Shown here: positions 8,516 through 18,055 of the stretch, piece by piece
How the letters are laid out: every line of letters starts with the position of its first letter
Position numbering within the stretch: position 1 is the first letter of the stretch
Source: an uncultured Gemmatimonadales bacterium
GTDB lineage: Bacteria > Gemmatimonadota > Gemmatimonadetes > Longimicrobiales > RSA9
DNA: 64,000 nt
Direction: 5' to 3'
NCBI GenBank assembly: GCA_963798845.1
Contig: CAWCUS010000001.1
Location: 332,999 to 396,998 of the forward strand
Translations under genes and position numbers: made by a program
Notes under the pieces: model-generated
The model's input: the letters and a program-made list of their open reading frames with translations, nothing else
Database searches by the model: none
Told to the model about the DNA's origin: nothing

Positions 8516-11029
8516 ATGGCCGACCTGAAGCTCGCCTTCCGTACGCTCAGGAAGACCCCGTTCATCACGGGCGTCGCGATCCTCTCCCTCGCACTCGGCA
8601 TCGGGGCCAACGCTGCCATCTTCTCCCTCTTCAACCAGATGATCCTGGCGTCGCTCCCGGTGCGCGATCCCGGACGGCTGGTGAACCTGGGGGCGCCCGG
8701 TCCGAAGCCGGGATCGCAGTCGTGCGGACAGGCTGGAAGCTGCGACCTGGTCTTCAGCTATCCGATGTTCCGCGACCTCCAGCGGGAGCAGAGCACGCTC
8801 ACGGGGATCGCCGCGCACCGTCCGTTCATGGCCAACCTGGCGCTGGCGGACCAGACCGTGGACGGGCAGGGGATGCTGGTGTCCGGGTCGTACTTCGACG
8901 TGCTCGGGCTGCGGCCTTCCCTCGGGCGGCTGCTGACGCCTTCGGACGACGAGAAGGTCGGGGCCAATTACGTCGCCGTGCTCAGCCACCGGTTCTGGGA
9001 GAACCGGTTCGGCGCCGACCCCTCCATCCTCAACCAGACCATCCAGGTGAACGGCAACGCCATGACGATCGTCGGCGTCGCCCCGGCTGGCTTCGACGGG
9101 ACCACCCTCGGCCGGCAACCCGACGTGTTCGTGCCGCTCACGATGCGCGCACAGGTCGAGCCCGCGTTCGCCAGCATGGCCGGGTTCGACGACCGCCGCA
9201 CCTACTACGCATACCTGTTCGGACGGCTGAAGCCCGGAGCCTCGGTCGAACAGGCGAGCGCCGACCTGAACCGCATCTACCACAACATCATCACGGAGGT
9301 CGAGACGCCGCTCCAGACGGGCATGAGCGATGACGCGATGGCCCGGTTCCGCGCGAAGGAGATCAGCGTGGACGACGGCCGGCGTGGGCAGAGCTCGATC
9401 CACGAGGAGACCCGCACACCGCTCCTCATGCTGCTCGGGATCACGGCCATCGTGCTGCTCATCGCGTGCGCCAACATCGCCAACCTCCTCCTCGCCCGCG
9501 CGGCCGCGCGGACGCAGGAGATGGCGGTGCGCGGCTCGCTCGGAGCCACCCGGGGCCAGCTGCTGCGGCAGCTGATGATCGAGTCGCTCCTCCTGGCCGT
9601 TCTCGGCGGGTTGGCCAGCCTGGTCGTCGCCCGCGCCACCCTGGCCGTCATCGGCTCCCTCCTGCCCGCCGACGCGATCCCCGGGCTGCGGCTCGAGCTG
9701 AGCACCGGCGTCGCGCTCTTCGCCGCCGCCCTCACCATGGGCACCGGGATCCTCTTCGGCCTCTTCCCCGCGCTCCACGCCACCCGCCACGACCTGGCGG
9801 GCACGCTGCGGGCAATCTCCGGCCAGCCCGCGGGTGCGCGGGGCGCCGCCCGGTTCCGCACCTCGCTGGTGACGGGGCAGATCGCGCTTTCCATGGCGCT
9901 CATGGTGGCCGCCGGTCTCTTCATCCGGAGCCTGGTGAACGTGAGCCGGGTGGACCTGGGGCTGCGCGCCGATCACGTGGTGACGTTCGCTATCGCACCG
10001 GCGCTGAACGGCTACCCGCCGGAGCGCAGCGGAGCGCTCTTCGCCCGCGTCGAAGAGGAGCTGGCGGCCATCCCGGGGGTGCGCAGCGTCAGCAGCGCAA
10101 TGGTCCCCCTCCTGGCAGGAAGCAGCTGGGGCAACAGCGTGTCCGTGGAGGGCTTCCAGTGGGGGCCGGACGTCGATACCGGGTCTCGCTTCAACGAGGT
10201 GGGCCCCGGCTACTTCAGGACGCTGGGCATCGCGCTCATCGGCGGTCGCGAGTTCGGCGCCACCGACGCGGCCGGTACCGCACCGGTGGCCATCGTGAAC
10301 GAGGCCTTCGCCCGGAAGTTCGGCCTGGAGCCCCGGGAAGCCGTGGGGAAGTGGATGGGCACGGGGAGCGGTCCGGAGGTCGAGCTCGACGTGCAGATCG
10401 TGGGCGTCGTGGAGGACGCCAAGTACAGCGACGTCAAGGACGAAGCGCCGCCCGTCTACTTCACGCCGTACCGCCAGGACGATCGCCTGGGCTTCCTCAC
10501 CTTCTACCTGAGCACCAGCGGCGACCCGGCCCCCGTGCTCCGCGCCGTGCCCGGGGTGATGAAGCGGATCGATCCGACACTACCGGTGGAGGAGCTGAAG
10601 ACGCTCCAGCAGCAGGTCCGCGAAAACACGTTCGGCGACCGCGTCATCGGCACCCTCGCGGCCGCCTTCGCGCTTCTCGCCACGCTCCTCGCCGCGGTCG
10701 GGCTGTACGGCGTGTTGACCTACACTGTGGCCCAGCGCACGCGCGAGATCGGGCTGCGGATGGCGCTGGGCGCGCACGGCGGGCGCCTCCGCCGGATGGT
10801 GCTTCGCCAGGTCACCGGGATGTTCATCGTCGGCGGCGTGCTGGGGCTGGTCGGCGCCTTCGGCCTGGGGAAAGCCGCGTCCTCGCTGCTCTACGGCCTG
10901 ACGGGCACGGACCCGCTCGTGATGATCGGCGCGACCGCGCTCCTCGGCCTGGTGGCGTTCGGCGCCGGCTACATCCCAGCTCTGCGGGCGTCGCGGGTCG
11001 ACCCCATGAAGGCGCTGCGATACGAGTAG
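8516..11029 (+). CDS. ADOP-type duplicated MacB/FtsX ABC permease
   Basis: DLKLAFRTLRKTP..T.VAILSLALGIGANAAIFS, LLIACANIANLLLARA..R..EMAVR..LGA, RTREIGLRMALGA, RASRVDPMKALRYE. Confidence 0.93.
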   Translation: MADLKLAFRTLRKTPFITGVAILSLALGIGANAAIFSLFNQMILASLPVRDPGRLVNLGAPGPKPGSQSCGQAGSCDLVFSYPMFRDLQREQSTLTGIAAHRPFMANLALADQTVDGQGMLVSGSYFDVLGLRPSLGRLLTPSDDEKVGANYVAVLSHRFWENRFGADPSILNQTIQVNGNAMTIVGVAPAGFDGTTLGRQPDVFVPLTMRAQVEPAFASMAGFDDRRTYYAYLFGRLKPGASVEQASADLNRIYHNIITEVETPLQTGMSDDAMARFRAKEISVDDGRRGQSSIHEETRTPLLMLLGITAIVLLIACANIANLLLARAAARTQEMAVRGSLGATRGQLLRQLMIESLLLAVLGGLASLVVARATLAVIGSLLPADAIPGLRLELSTGVALFAAALTMGTGILFGLFPALHATRHDLAGTLRAISGQPAGARGAARFRTSLVTGQIALSMALMVAAGLFIRSLVNVSRVDLGLRADHVVTFAIAPALNGYPPERSGALFARVEEELAAIPGVRSVSSAMVPLLAGSSWGNSVSVEGFQWGPDVDTGSRFNEVGPGYFRTLGIALIGGREFGATDAAGTAPVAIVNEAFARKFGLEPREAVGKWMGTGSGPEVELDVQIVGVVEDAKYSDVKDEAPPVYFTPYRQDDRLGFLTFYLSTSGDPAPVLRAVPGVMKRIDPTLPVEELKTLQQQVRENTFGDRVIGTLAAAFALLATLLAAVGLYGVLTYTVAQRTREIGLRMALGAHGGRLRRMVLRQVTGMFIVGGVLGLVGAFGLGKAASSLLYGLTGTDPLVMIGATALLGLVAFGAGYIPALRASRVDPMKALRYE

Positions 11030-11092
11030 CGCCCGGGGGATCGAGACGGGTCCGGCCCGATCCCCCTCGGCCGCCCGCCCGCGGCGCGCCGC

Positions 11093-13039
11093 TTACGCCC
11101 CGTACTGCGCCTTGAGCCGCTCCACCACGGCCGGATCCGCCAGCGTCGTCGTGTCGCCGATGGTTCGGCCTTCGGCAATGTCCTTCAGGAGGCGCCGCAT
11201 GATCTTCCCCGACCGGGTCTTGGGCAGCTCGGCGGCGAAGATTATGGTGGCAGGGCGCGCGATGGAGCCGATCTTGTCGGCGACGTGCTCGGCCAGGTCT
11301 TCCTTGAGCGTTTCGTCGACGTGCACACCCTCCTTCAACGTGACGAACGCCGCGATCGCCTGCCCTTTCAGCTCGTCCGCCTTTCCCACCACGGCGGCCT
11401 CCGCCACCGCCGGGTGGTCGACCAGGGCGCTCTCCACCTCCATGGTGCCGATGCGGTGGCCGGCCACGTTGAGGACGTCGTCCACACGACCCAGAATCCA
11501 GAAGTAGCCATCCTCGTCCTTCTTGGCCCCGTCGCCGGGGAAGTACCTGTCGTCCCACTTCGACCAGTAGGTCTGCTGGAAGCGCTCGTCGTCACCCCAG
11601 ATGGTCCGGAGCATCCCTGGCCAGGGCCGGGTGATCGCCAGGTAGCCGGCGGAGGCCGGGTCGCCCTCGTTCGTGAGGACATCCGCGCTGATCCCGGGGA
11701 ACGGCACCGTGGCGCTTCCGGGCTTTGTCGCCGTGATCCCCGGAAGCGGCGTGATCATGATCCCTCCCGTCTCCGTCTGCCACCACGTGTCCACGATGGG
11801 CGTCTTCTCCTTGCCGATGTGCTCGTGGTACCACATCCACGCTTCGGGGTTGATGGGCTCGCCCACCGTTCCGAGCAGGCGGAGGGAGGAGAGATCGTAC
11901 CCGTCGGGCCAGGCGACGCCCCAGCGCATGAACGCCCGGATGGCGGTGGGCGCCGTGTAGAAGATGGTGATCCCGTACTTCTGGACGAGCTTCCAGAAGC
12001 GGCCGCGGTCCGGCCAGTCCGGCGCTCCTTCGTACATGAACACGGTCGCACCGTTGGCCAGCGGGCCGTACACGATGTAGCTGTGCCCCGTCACCCAGCC
12101 CACGTCGGCGGTGCACCAGTACATGTCGCTGTCCTTCAGGTCGAACACGAGCCGGGTCGTGGCCGCCACGTGCGTCAGGTAGCCGCCCGTGGTATGCACC
12201 ACCCCCTTCGGCTTCCCCGTGGTCCCGGACGTGTAGAGGATGTAGAGGATGTCCTCGGCGTCCATCGGCTCCGCCGCGCACGCGGGCGAGCTGTCCTGCA
12301 TGAGCTCGTGGTACCAGTGGTCCCGGTTCGGCTTCATCTTGATCTGCGGCTCCTGTGCGATCAGCCGCCGACGCACCACCACCACGTTCTCGATGCTCGG
12401 CGTCTCCGCCAGGGCACGGTCCGCCGTGTCCTTCAGCGGGATCACCTGGCCGCGCCGGTAGCCGCCGTCCGCCGTGATCAGGAGCTTCGCTTCCGCGTCG
12501 ACGATCCGGTCGCGCAGGCTGTCCGCGCTGAACCCCCCGAAGACCACCGAGTGGATCGCGCCGATGCGGGCACACGCCAGCATGGCGATGGCCGCCTCCG
12601 GGATCATCGGCAGGTATATGGCGACGCGGTCGCCCTTCGCCACGCCGAACCCCTTCAGCACGTTCGCGAACTTCCCCACCTCACGATGCAGGTCCCAGTA
12701 CGTGTACGTCCGCTGATCCCCGGGCTCCCCCTCCCACACCAGCGCAGCCTTGTTCCGGCGGGCGCCCTCCAGGTGACGGTCGAGGCAGTTGTGCGCCACG
12801 TTGAGCTTCCCGCCCGTGAACCACTTCGCGTGCGGCGGATCCCACTCGAGCACCGTGTCCCACGGCTCGAACCAGTCCAGCTGCCGCGCCCATTCGGCCC
12901 AGAACTCCTCGGGATCGGACGACGCACGCTCGTACACGGACGCGTCGCCCGCATGCGCGTGCGACCGGAACGCCTCCGGCGGCTCGAATGTCCTGGACTC
13001 CTCCAGCAGCGCTTCCAGCGTGTGCTCGTCCGTCGCCAT
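11093..13039 (-). CDS. acs: Acetyl-CoA synthetase
   Basis: [56 protein letters not shown]. Confidence 0.97.
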   Translation of the reverse strand: MATDEHTLEALLEESRTFEPPEAFRSHAHAGDASVYERASSDPEEFWAEWARQLDWFEPWDTVLEWDPPHAKWFTGGKLNVAHNCLDRHLEGARRNKAALVWEGEPGDQRTYTYWDLHREVGKFANVLKGFGVAKGDRVAIYLPMIPEAAIAMLACARIGAIHSVVFGGFSADSLRDRIVDAEAKLLITADGGYRRGQVIPLKDTADRALAETPSIENVVVVRRRLIAQEPQIKMKPNRDHWYHELMQDSSPACAAEPMDAEDILYILYTSGTTGKPKGVVHTTGGYLTHVAATTRLVFDLKDSDMYWCTADVGWVTGHSYIVYGPLANGATVFMYEGAPDWPDRGRFWKLVQKYGITIFYTAPTAIRAFMRWGVAWPDGYDLSSLRLLGTVGEPINPEAWMWYHEHIGKEKTPIVDTWWQTETGGIMITPLPGITATKPGSATVPFPGISADVLTNEGDPASAGYLAITRPWPGMLRTIWGDDERFQQTYWSKWDDRYFPGDGAKKDEDGYFWILGRVDDVLNVAGHRIGTMEVESALVDHPAVAEAAVVGKADELKGQAIAAFVTLKEGVHVDETLKEDLAEHVADKIGSIARPATIIFAAELPKTRSGKIMRRLLKDIAEGRTIGDTTTLADPAVVERLKAQYGA

Positions 13040-13274
13040 GCAGCCTCCTGATCGCTCGGGTTTTCCCACTTCCTGCTCCACAACCTAGGCCCACCGAAGT
13101 CTCCCCGACAAACTCCGGGCCAGCGACTCCGCCGCAGCGGGACCTAAAGGTGCATCCAGCGGTTGTCCGAATCCCCGCACGCGGCTACCTTTCCATTTTC
13201 CGCCGGCTTTGGCCGGACCGTGAAGACGGGAGAGGTGGAGCTGCGTCCACGCCCCAGCAACACCGATGTGCGAA

Positions 13275-13682
13275 ATGCCAAGAAAGCCGACGAAGAAGCT
13301 GAACAAGAAACAGCTCGAGCACCTCCAGAAGAGGCTGCTGCGGGAGCGTGAGCGTGCGCTCCGGTCCCTCGGCCGCTACGACGAACTGGCCAAGTTGTCC
13401 GCGGAGCAGGCGGACTCCGACCTTTATTCCTACTCCGATCACATGGCCGACCTGGGCACGGACGCCATGGAGCGGGAGAAGATGCTGCTCTTCGCCAGCA
13501 AGGAAGGGCGCTACCTCTACCGAATCGAGGACGCCCTCCGGAGGCTGTACAAGGAGCCGGAGAATTTCGGGTTCTGTCACACGTGCGGCAACCTCATCGA
13601 TTTCGATCGGCTGGATGCGCTGCCGCACGCGCGCTACTGCATAGACTGCAAGCGCAAGGAGGAGGAAGCGGACGCGGCCTGA
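13275..13682 (+). CDS. TraR/DksA C4-type zinc-finger protein
   Basis: Coiled coil with DHMADLGTD tip; C..C and C..C (FGFCHTCGNLIDFDRLDALPHARYCIDCK). Confidence 0.9.
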   Translation: MPRKPTKKLNKKQLEHLQKRLLRERERALRSLGRYDELAKLSAEQADSDLYSYSDHMADLGTDAMEREKMLLFASKEGRYLYRIEDALRRLYKEPENFGFCHTCGNLIDFDRLDALPHARYCIDCKRKEEEADAA

Positions 13683-13704
13683 GCGGTCGGCTCCTCCCTC
13701 TCAG

Positions 13705-13742
13705 AGCGGCCCCGCCTCCCTTCTCGGAGGCGGGGCCGCTTG
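13705..13742 (+). terminator. Strong hairpin between convergent genes, probably a terminator
   Basis: Perfect 15-bp inverted repeat AGCGGCCCCGCCTCC / GGAGGCGGGGCCGCT with a 6-nt loop, just after the dksA-like stop; U-tract is weak. Confidence 0.7.
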
Positions 13743-13777
13743 GCATCGGGGGACGCTCGGTGGTGGGCGCCCGCCCT

Positions 13778-13803
13778 TCCCGGTGATCCCGGTGATCCCG
13801 GTG
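13778..13803. repeat. 9-bp tandem repeat TCCCGGTGA, about 3 copies
   Basis: Read directly from the sequence between convergent genes. Confidence 0.7.
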
Positions 13804-13813
13804 GGTGATGCCC

Positions 13814-16618
13814 TCAGTGCCCATCCGCGACTGCGGCGGCCCCCGTGTCGGGCTTGGGATCGAGCCCGAGGCCAAGGTCATTCCAGTTCAGGATGGCGTT
13901 CCAGAGGAAGCCGAAATCCACGAAATTCTGGAAGCGCTGGATCGGGTTGAAGCCGAAGAGGACGTAGTTCCCCTTGCCGACCGGGAGCGTGATGAGCGCG
14001 GGCTTGTCGGCCAGCTCTCCGGGGTTCTGAACGAGTCCGGACAGGAACAGCTGCTTGGCCGGCGCGTACTGGACGACCACGTTCTTCTCGTGGTCGTCAT
14101 CCACGACGAGGTACGGTCCGAAGCGGTGGTGCAGCGTCACATCGCTGCCGTAGCCGTACGTGAGCGGGCTCGCCGGCTGCTCCACACGTCCCTGCACCAG
14201 CGAGCCGGGAACGAACAGCCCGGGAGGGGAGGTGGTGGAGATGCCCCGGACGAGTCCCATGTCGATGGGGAGCGTGGCGGCGGAGCGAAGTCCGATGAAC
14301 GTGCCGCCCTCGTCCACGAAGTCGCGCAACGCAATCAGCCCTTCGTAGCCGATCCCTCCGGTCATGTCGGCTGTGGCGTCGGGGTACCCGAGGGAAGGGT
14401 GGTCGCTCGAGCTCTGGTACGGGAGCGGCCCATCCTTCGGGTCGATTCCCGCGAAGATCGCCCTGCCGTCCCCGCCCTGGTCGGGGAAGACGATGACGTC
14501 GTAGCGCTTCTTCAGGTCCTTCGACGCCCGCAGGCGATCGACGCCCACGTAGGCGTACGGGATACCGAACGTGTCGAACGCGTAGCGGACCCACCCCTCC
14601 TGCTGCGTCGACCGCCAGGAGTGCAGGAGCATGATGCGCGGGAGATCGAGCGCATGACGCCGAACGCCGGCCAGCACACTGTCCGGCGCGCCAAGCACAT
14701 CGGCGCCGAAGCGTCGGGCGAGCTCCTGCATGCGCGCGGCATCGGCGTCGCGGCTGCGCACGAGCCAGGCGCCGGCCGGAATCTCGGTCGAATCCAGTGC
14801 CACGGGCGCTTCCAGGACCTCCACGCGGGTGCGCCCGAGCCAGACACGGGCGGGGAGGGAGTAGGCAGAGAGGTCCGGCTTGACCAGCCACCAGTCCGGC
14901 CGCGTGCCGAGCACGGTCCCGGGCGCCGCGACCTCGTCGCCCGACGTCATCGCCATCTGCTGGATCGCCGGGTCGTCCACCGCCTCGACCGTCACGTCGA
15001 ACATGAGCGGGAACGTCCAAGCCACGTCATCGTACGGCCGCGGCGCGTCCGCCGGGAAATGCTGCACCTGCATGAGGGTGAGGATGAAATTGCGGTAGGG
15101 CTGGTCCATGCGAACCACCCAGTCGCCGGGATGGACCACTACCGTGTCCGTCGCCGCGAACGTGTCCGCGGCGGCTGCACGCGATACCTCGATCCCCTGC
15201 CGGCGCAGGAGGTCGAGCATGTAGGTCATGTTGGCGCGGTGAGGCTGGGCAGCCGGCACCACGTACGCGTACGGCTTCTCCGTGCGCCCCTTGTTCAGCG
15301 AGTTGGATGCCTTCGTCCAGTACTGCCGGAGGATCTGAGAGCGGTTCCTGGCCGACAGCGAAAGCGCCGCCAGCAGCCCCGTCTCCATGTAGTTCGTGTT
15401 GTTGCGCAGCGACCAGAGCGTGGTGTCCCGCGGCGGGAGCGGCCGGTACCACTCCACGTCCGTAGCCGAGGAGCGCAGCGTCCGCTCGCGCGTCCACGGG
15501 ACCATGTTGCCGAACGTCTCGTAGAAACGCCCGGTGGCGTTGCGTGTGTTCGTCACCCACAGCAGGTAGGTGGGGTTCCAGCCGTCGTAGAACCCGTGCG
15601 TCCAGACGCCCGGCATCCCCAGCGCCGTGAGCGAAGTCACCTCATAGTTTGCGAACCACTGCCACTCGCCGATCGTGACCGGGTCGACCGTCGCGTTGTA
15701 CGGCCCTGTCCCCGTGGACGTGTACAGGTACGGCACCGACTCGTGCAGATCGTGACCCAGCGGATAGCGCCAGTCCAGGAAGAGATCCACCAGCTCCTGC
15801 GTCAGCCGCGCCGACAGCTGCAAGCCGTCCCGGTTGTTGTCGTGCATGATGTACTTGCCCCAGTACGGCGGCCCGCGGAACGCCTTCGTCGTGTCGGCCG
15901 TCGGGTAATTCACCCGGATCCAGTCCACCACCCGGTCCCGTCCGTCCGGCTCCGCGACCGGCGTGATGAACACCACCACACTGTCGCGGATCGTCCTGAT
16001 CATCGGGTCGTCCGACACCGCGAGCCGGTACGCGAGCTCCATCGTCATCTCCGGCGGCCCCGTCTCGGTGGAGTGGAGCCCGCCCGTCATCGCGTAGACC
16101 ACCGGCAGCGTGGCAATGAGACTGTCCGCCTCCGCCGGGGACGTGCCACGCGGGTCCGCCAGAGACCGCAGCCCCGCCTTCACCGCGTCCAGCCGGGCCA
16201 GGTTCGCCTCGCTCCCGATCATCGCGACCGCCAGCCGGCGCCCCTCCTCCGTCGCGCCGAGCAGCATCCAGCGCACCCGTGGCGACGCGTCCGCCAGCGC
16301 GGAAAAGTACCCGTAGATCTCGTCCACCTTGTGCAACACCCCCGGTTGCCCGATGGCGTGACCGAAGTGGTCGCTCGGCGACGGCACAGCGGCGGCGTCC
16401 GGCAGATAATCGACCCACGCGCTCGTGTATTCCGGCATCGTGGTCCACGAACGGACCTCGCGCGTGGCTTCCGCCTCGATCGGCTGACCCCACGGCGTGG
16501 CGGCAGGGATCGCGATCGTGTCCGCCCAGCGGAACGTCTGCGGCGGCTCGGGCGCTTCCTGCGCCTGCAGCGGATGGGCGAAGGCTACGACCAGAGCCAG
16601 GACGGCAGCGTTGCGCAT
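13814..16618 (-). CDS. M14 family zinc carboxypeptidase, secreted, with C-terminal GATase-like domain
   Basis: Signal peptide; GGLHSTETG (HxxE), PDGRD, HDNNRD, HDLHES. Confidence 0.88.
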   Translation of the reverse strand: MRNAAVLALVVAFAHPLQAQEAPEPPQTFRWADTIAIPAATPWGQPIEAEATREVRSWTTMPEYTSAWVDYLPDAAAVPSPSDHFGHAIGQPGVLHKVDEIYGYFSALADASPRVRWMLLGATEEGRRLAVAMIGSEANLARLDAVKAGLRSLADPRGTSPAEADSLIATLPVVYAMTGGLHSTETGPPEMTMELAYRLAVSDDPMIRTIRDSVVVFITPVAEPDGRDRVVDWIRVNYPTADTTKAFRGPPYWGKYIMHDNNRDGLQLSARLTQELVDLFLDWRYPLGHDLHESVPYLYTSTGTGPYNATVDPVTIGEWQWFANYEVTSLTALGMPGVWTHGFYDGWNPTYLLWVTNTRNATGRFYETFGNMVPWTRERTLRSSATDVEWYRPLPPRDTTLWSLRNNTNYMETGLLAALSLSARNRSQILRQYWTKASNSLNKGRTEKPYAYVVPAAQPHRANMTYMLDLLRRQGIEVSRAAAADTFAATDTVVVHPGDWVVRMDQPYRNFILTLMQVQHFPADAPRPYDDVAWTFPLMFDVTVEAVDDPAIQQMAMTSGDEVAAPGTVLGTRPDWWLVKPDLSAYSLPARVWLGRTRVEVLEAPVALDSTEIPAGAWLVRSRDADAARMQELARRFGADVLGAPDSVLAGVRRHALDLPRIMLLHSWRSTQQEGWVRYAFDTFGIPYAYVGVDRLRASKDLKKRYDVIVFPDQGGDGRAIFAGIDPKDGPLPYQSSSDHPSLGYPDATADMTGGIGYEGLIALRDFVDEGGTFIGLRSAATLPIDMGLVRGISTTSPPGLFVPGSLVQGRVEQPASPLTYGYGSDVTLHHRFGPYLVVDDDHEKNVVVQYAPAKQLFLSGLVQNPGELADKPALITLPVGKGNYVLFGFNPIQRFQNFVDFGFLWNAILNWNDLGLGLDPKPDTGAAAVADGH

Positions 16619-16708
16619 GGCGCGTCTCCATTTCGGGGTGTGGCCGGCATCATGCGCGCCCCCGGCCGCGCGCGCAACTCGGGGGGCGGAGCGTGCGACA
16701 ACGTCCTC

Positions 16709-17056
16709 TCAGGCCCGCGCCTCCGCCACCAGCACAGGCAATTCACGCACGAATGCGCCCCGCGGCATCACCCGGTGCGCGCCAGCGCCCTCCGCGGCCG
16801 CGAGCGCCGCCTCGTTTACGTGCGGCCCGAACGCCACTACCCGCGCCGACGGGGCACGCTCCCGGACCTGCTCTATCGCCGCCACCGCCTCCCGCGCCTG
16901 CATGTCGACGAGCACCAGACGCGTGCCCCCTCCCACGTTCGCGAGCAACCCTTTCAGCGACTGCACCGCCGCGGCGCCGGGCGCAACGCTCCGGATCCTC
17001 GCCGCGAACATCAGGTCCGCCGTGAGTGCAGCCACGGCCGGTCCGTCGTTTTGCAT
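16709..17056 (-). CDS. Stand-alone receiver-like (CheY-fold) hypothetical protein
   Basis: DLMFAARI...LVLVDM...VVAFGPHV...AGAHRVMPRGAF pattern resembles atypical receiver domains; start uncertain (17056 or 17071). Confidence 0.6.
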   Translation of the reverse strand: MQNDGPAVAALTADLMFAARIRSVAPGAAAVQSLKGLLANVGGGTRLVLVDMQAREAVAAIEQVRERAPSARVVAFGPHVNEAALAAAEGAGAHRVMPRGAFVRELPVLVAEARA

Positions 17057-17093
17057 GTCTTTGTCGTTCAACGTTTTGTGTCCTTTCCGGGAG

Positions 17094-17135
17094 GAATAAT
17101 CACTATTGACAGGGCCGAGATAGGCCGGTTACGTT
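17094..17135 (+). promoter_or_regulatory. sigma70-like promoter with overlapping Fur/PerR-like operator
   Basis: TTGACA (17106-17111), N18, TACGTT (17130-17135); AT-rich imperfect palindrome AATAATCACTATT (17095-17107) overlaps the -35. Confidence 0.6.
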
Positions 17136-17142
17136 ACGCTCG

Positions 17143-17589
17143 ATGCTGAGAGCCCACGATGATCAGGACACCGACGCGCGGCTCCGGGCGGCGCTGGAAG
17201 CCAACGGCCAGCGCTTCACGGAGCAGCGGGCCGCGGTGTATCGCTACCTGCGCAGCACCGACAGGCACCCGTCCGCGGACGCAGTGTTCACGGCGGTGCG
17301 CGAGGTGATCCCCGACATATCGCTGGCGACGGTCTACAAGTCGCTGGAGACACTGGTGAGCTGCGCGCTTGCCAGCAAGCTGACGTACGGCGACGGGTCG
17401 GCCCGCTACGACGGTCGCACGGACCCGCACCCGCACGCGCGGTGCCTGTCGTGCGGCCAGGTGCGGGACCTCCCCGGGCACCTGGACGCCCACACGGTGA
17501 CGGGTCTGGGCGACATCCCCGGGTTCGAGGTCGAAGCCTACCGCGTCGAGGTAGTGGGCACGTGCGCGGAGTGCGGCCGGTCCGACTGA
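17143..17589 (+). CDS. Fur-family transcriptional repressor (PerR-like)
   Basis: RFTEQRAAV, HPSADAVF, ISLATVYKSL, RYDGRTDPHPHARCLSCG, GTCAEC. Confidence 0.92.
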   Translation: MLRAHDDQDTDARLRAALEANGQRFTEQRAAVYRYLRSTDRHPSADAVFTAVREVIPDISLATVYKSLETLVSCALASKLTYGDGSARYDGRTDPHPHARCLSCGQVRDLPGHLDAHTVTGLGDIPGFEVEAYRVEVVGTCAECGRSD

Positions 17590-17894
17590 GGTCGCCGCGC
17601 GCGTGACCGCCGGCACATGTCGGCGACACGGCCGCCGCTGGTTCAACCGGGCCAGCTCATCCGCCCCCGCTGGCGAATCCTCTCCGCCCATCCCCTTCCC
17701 CGTTCTCCCGCCCGACCCCGGGGTTCCGGCTCCTCCCGTCAATGCGCGCGCCTTTCGGCCGTTCTCGGCGCCCGGCGCGGCTCGTGCGGGGGGAGCCCGG
17801 GCGGGTCGCGTTTCCGGGGCCGCAGTATGGCGTCATGTTCACGGAAATGGCCACACCGGGTAAAACGCGCCGCCAGAACGGTCGTTGAATGCGC

Positions 17895-17973
17895 CGAATT
17901 GTGCATTTTGTACGCGACGCATGTAACAAGAAGCACAATGCCGTTGACAGAGCGGGCTGTTCGATGATATCTA
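17895..17973 (+). promoter_or_regulatory. Putative glnA promoter and upstream AT-rich regulator-binding region
   Basis: TTGACA at 17944-17949, with TG-a-TATCTA ending at 17973; AT-rich TGTGCATTTTGTAC...TGTAACAAGAAGCACA upstream in a GC-rich background. Confidence 0.45.
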
Positions 17974-18055
17974 CGTGCGTCCGTCCACGCACACCCGCAC
18001 AGCGAGGCCGTACATGGCGCAGGGGAACTCCGGAAACACGAGCACGATCGAGAGA

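Noticed and set aside
13805-17149. 1114-aa + strand ORF, and similar long ORFs such as 48344..51253, 29828..32038, 42065..44350 and 17657..19753
   Set aside because: Antisense shadows of well-supported genes, expected from high GC at third codon positions; no recognisable motifs
17830-18055. Glutamine (glnA) riboswitch, canonical ANTAR double hairpin, or exact GlnR/TnrA/NtrC boxes upstream of glnA
   Set aside because: No GGAAGTAAG..GAAG core; candidate A1/G4 loops have stems of 2 bp or less; TGTAAC...GCACA only partly fits known operators
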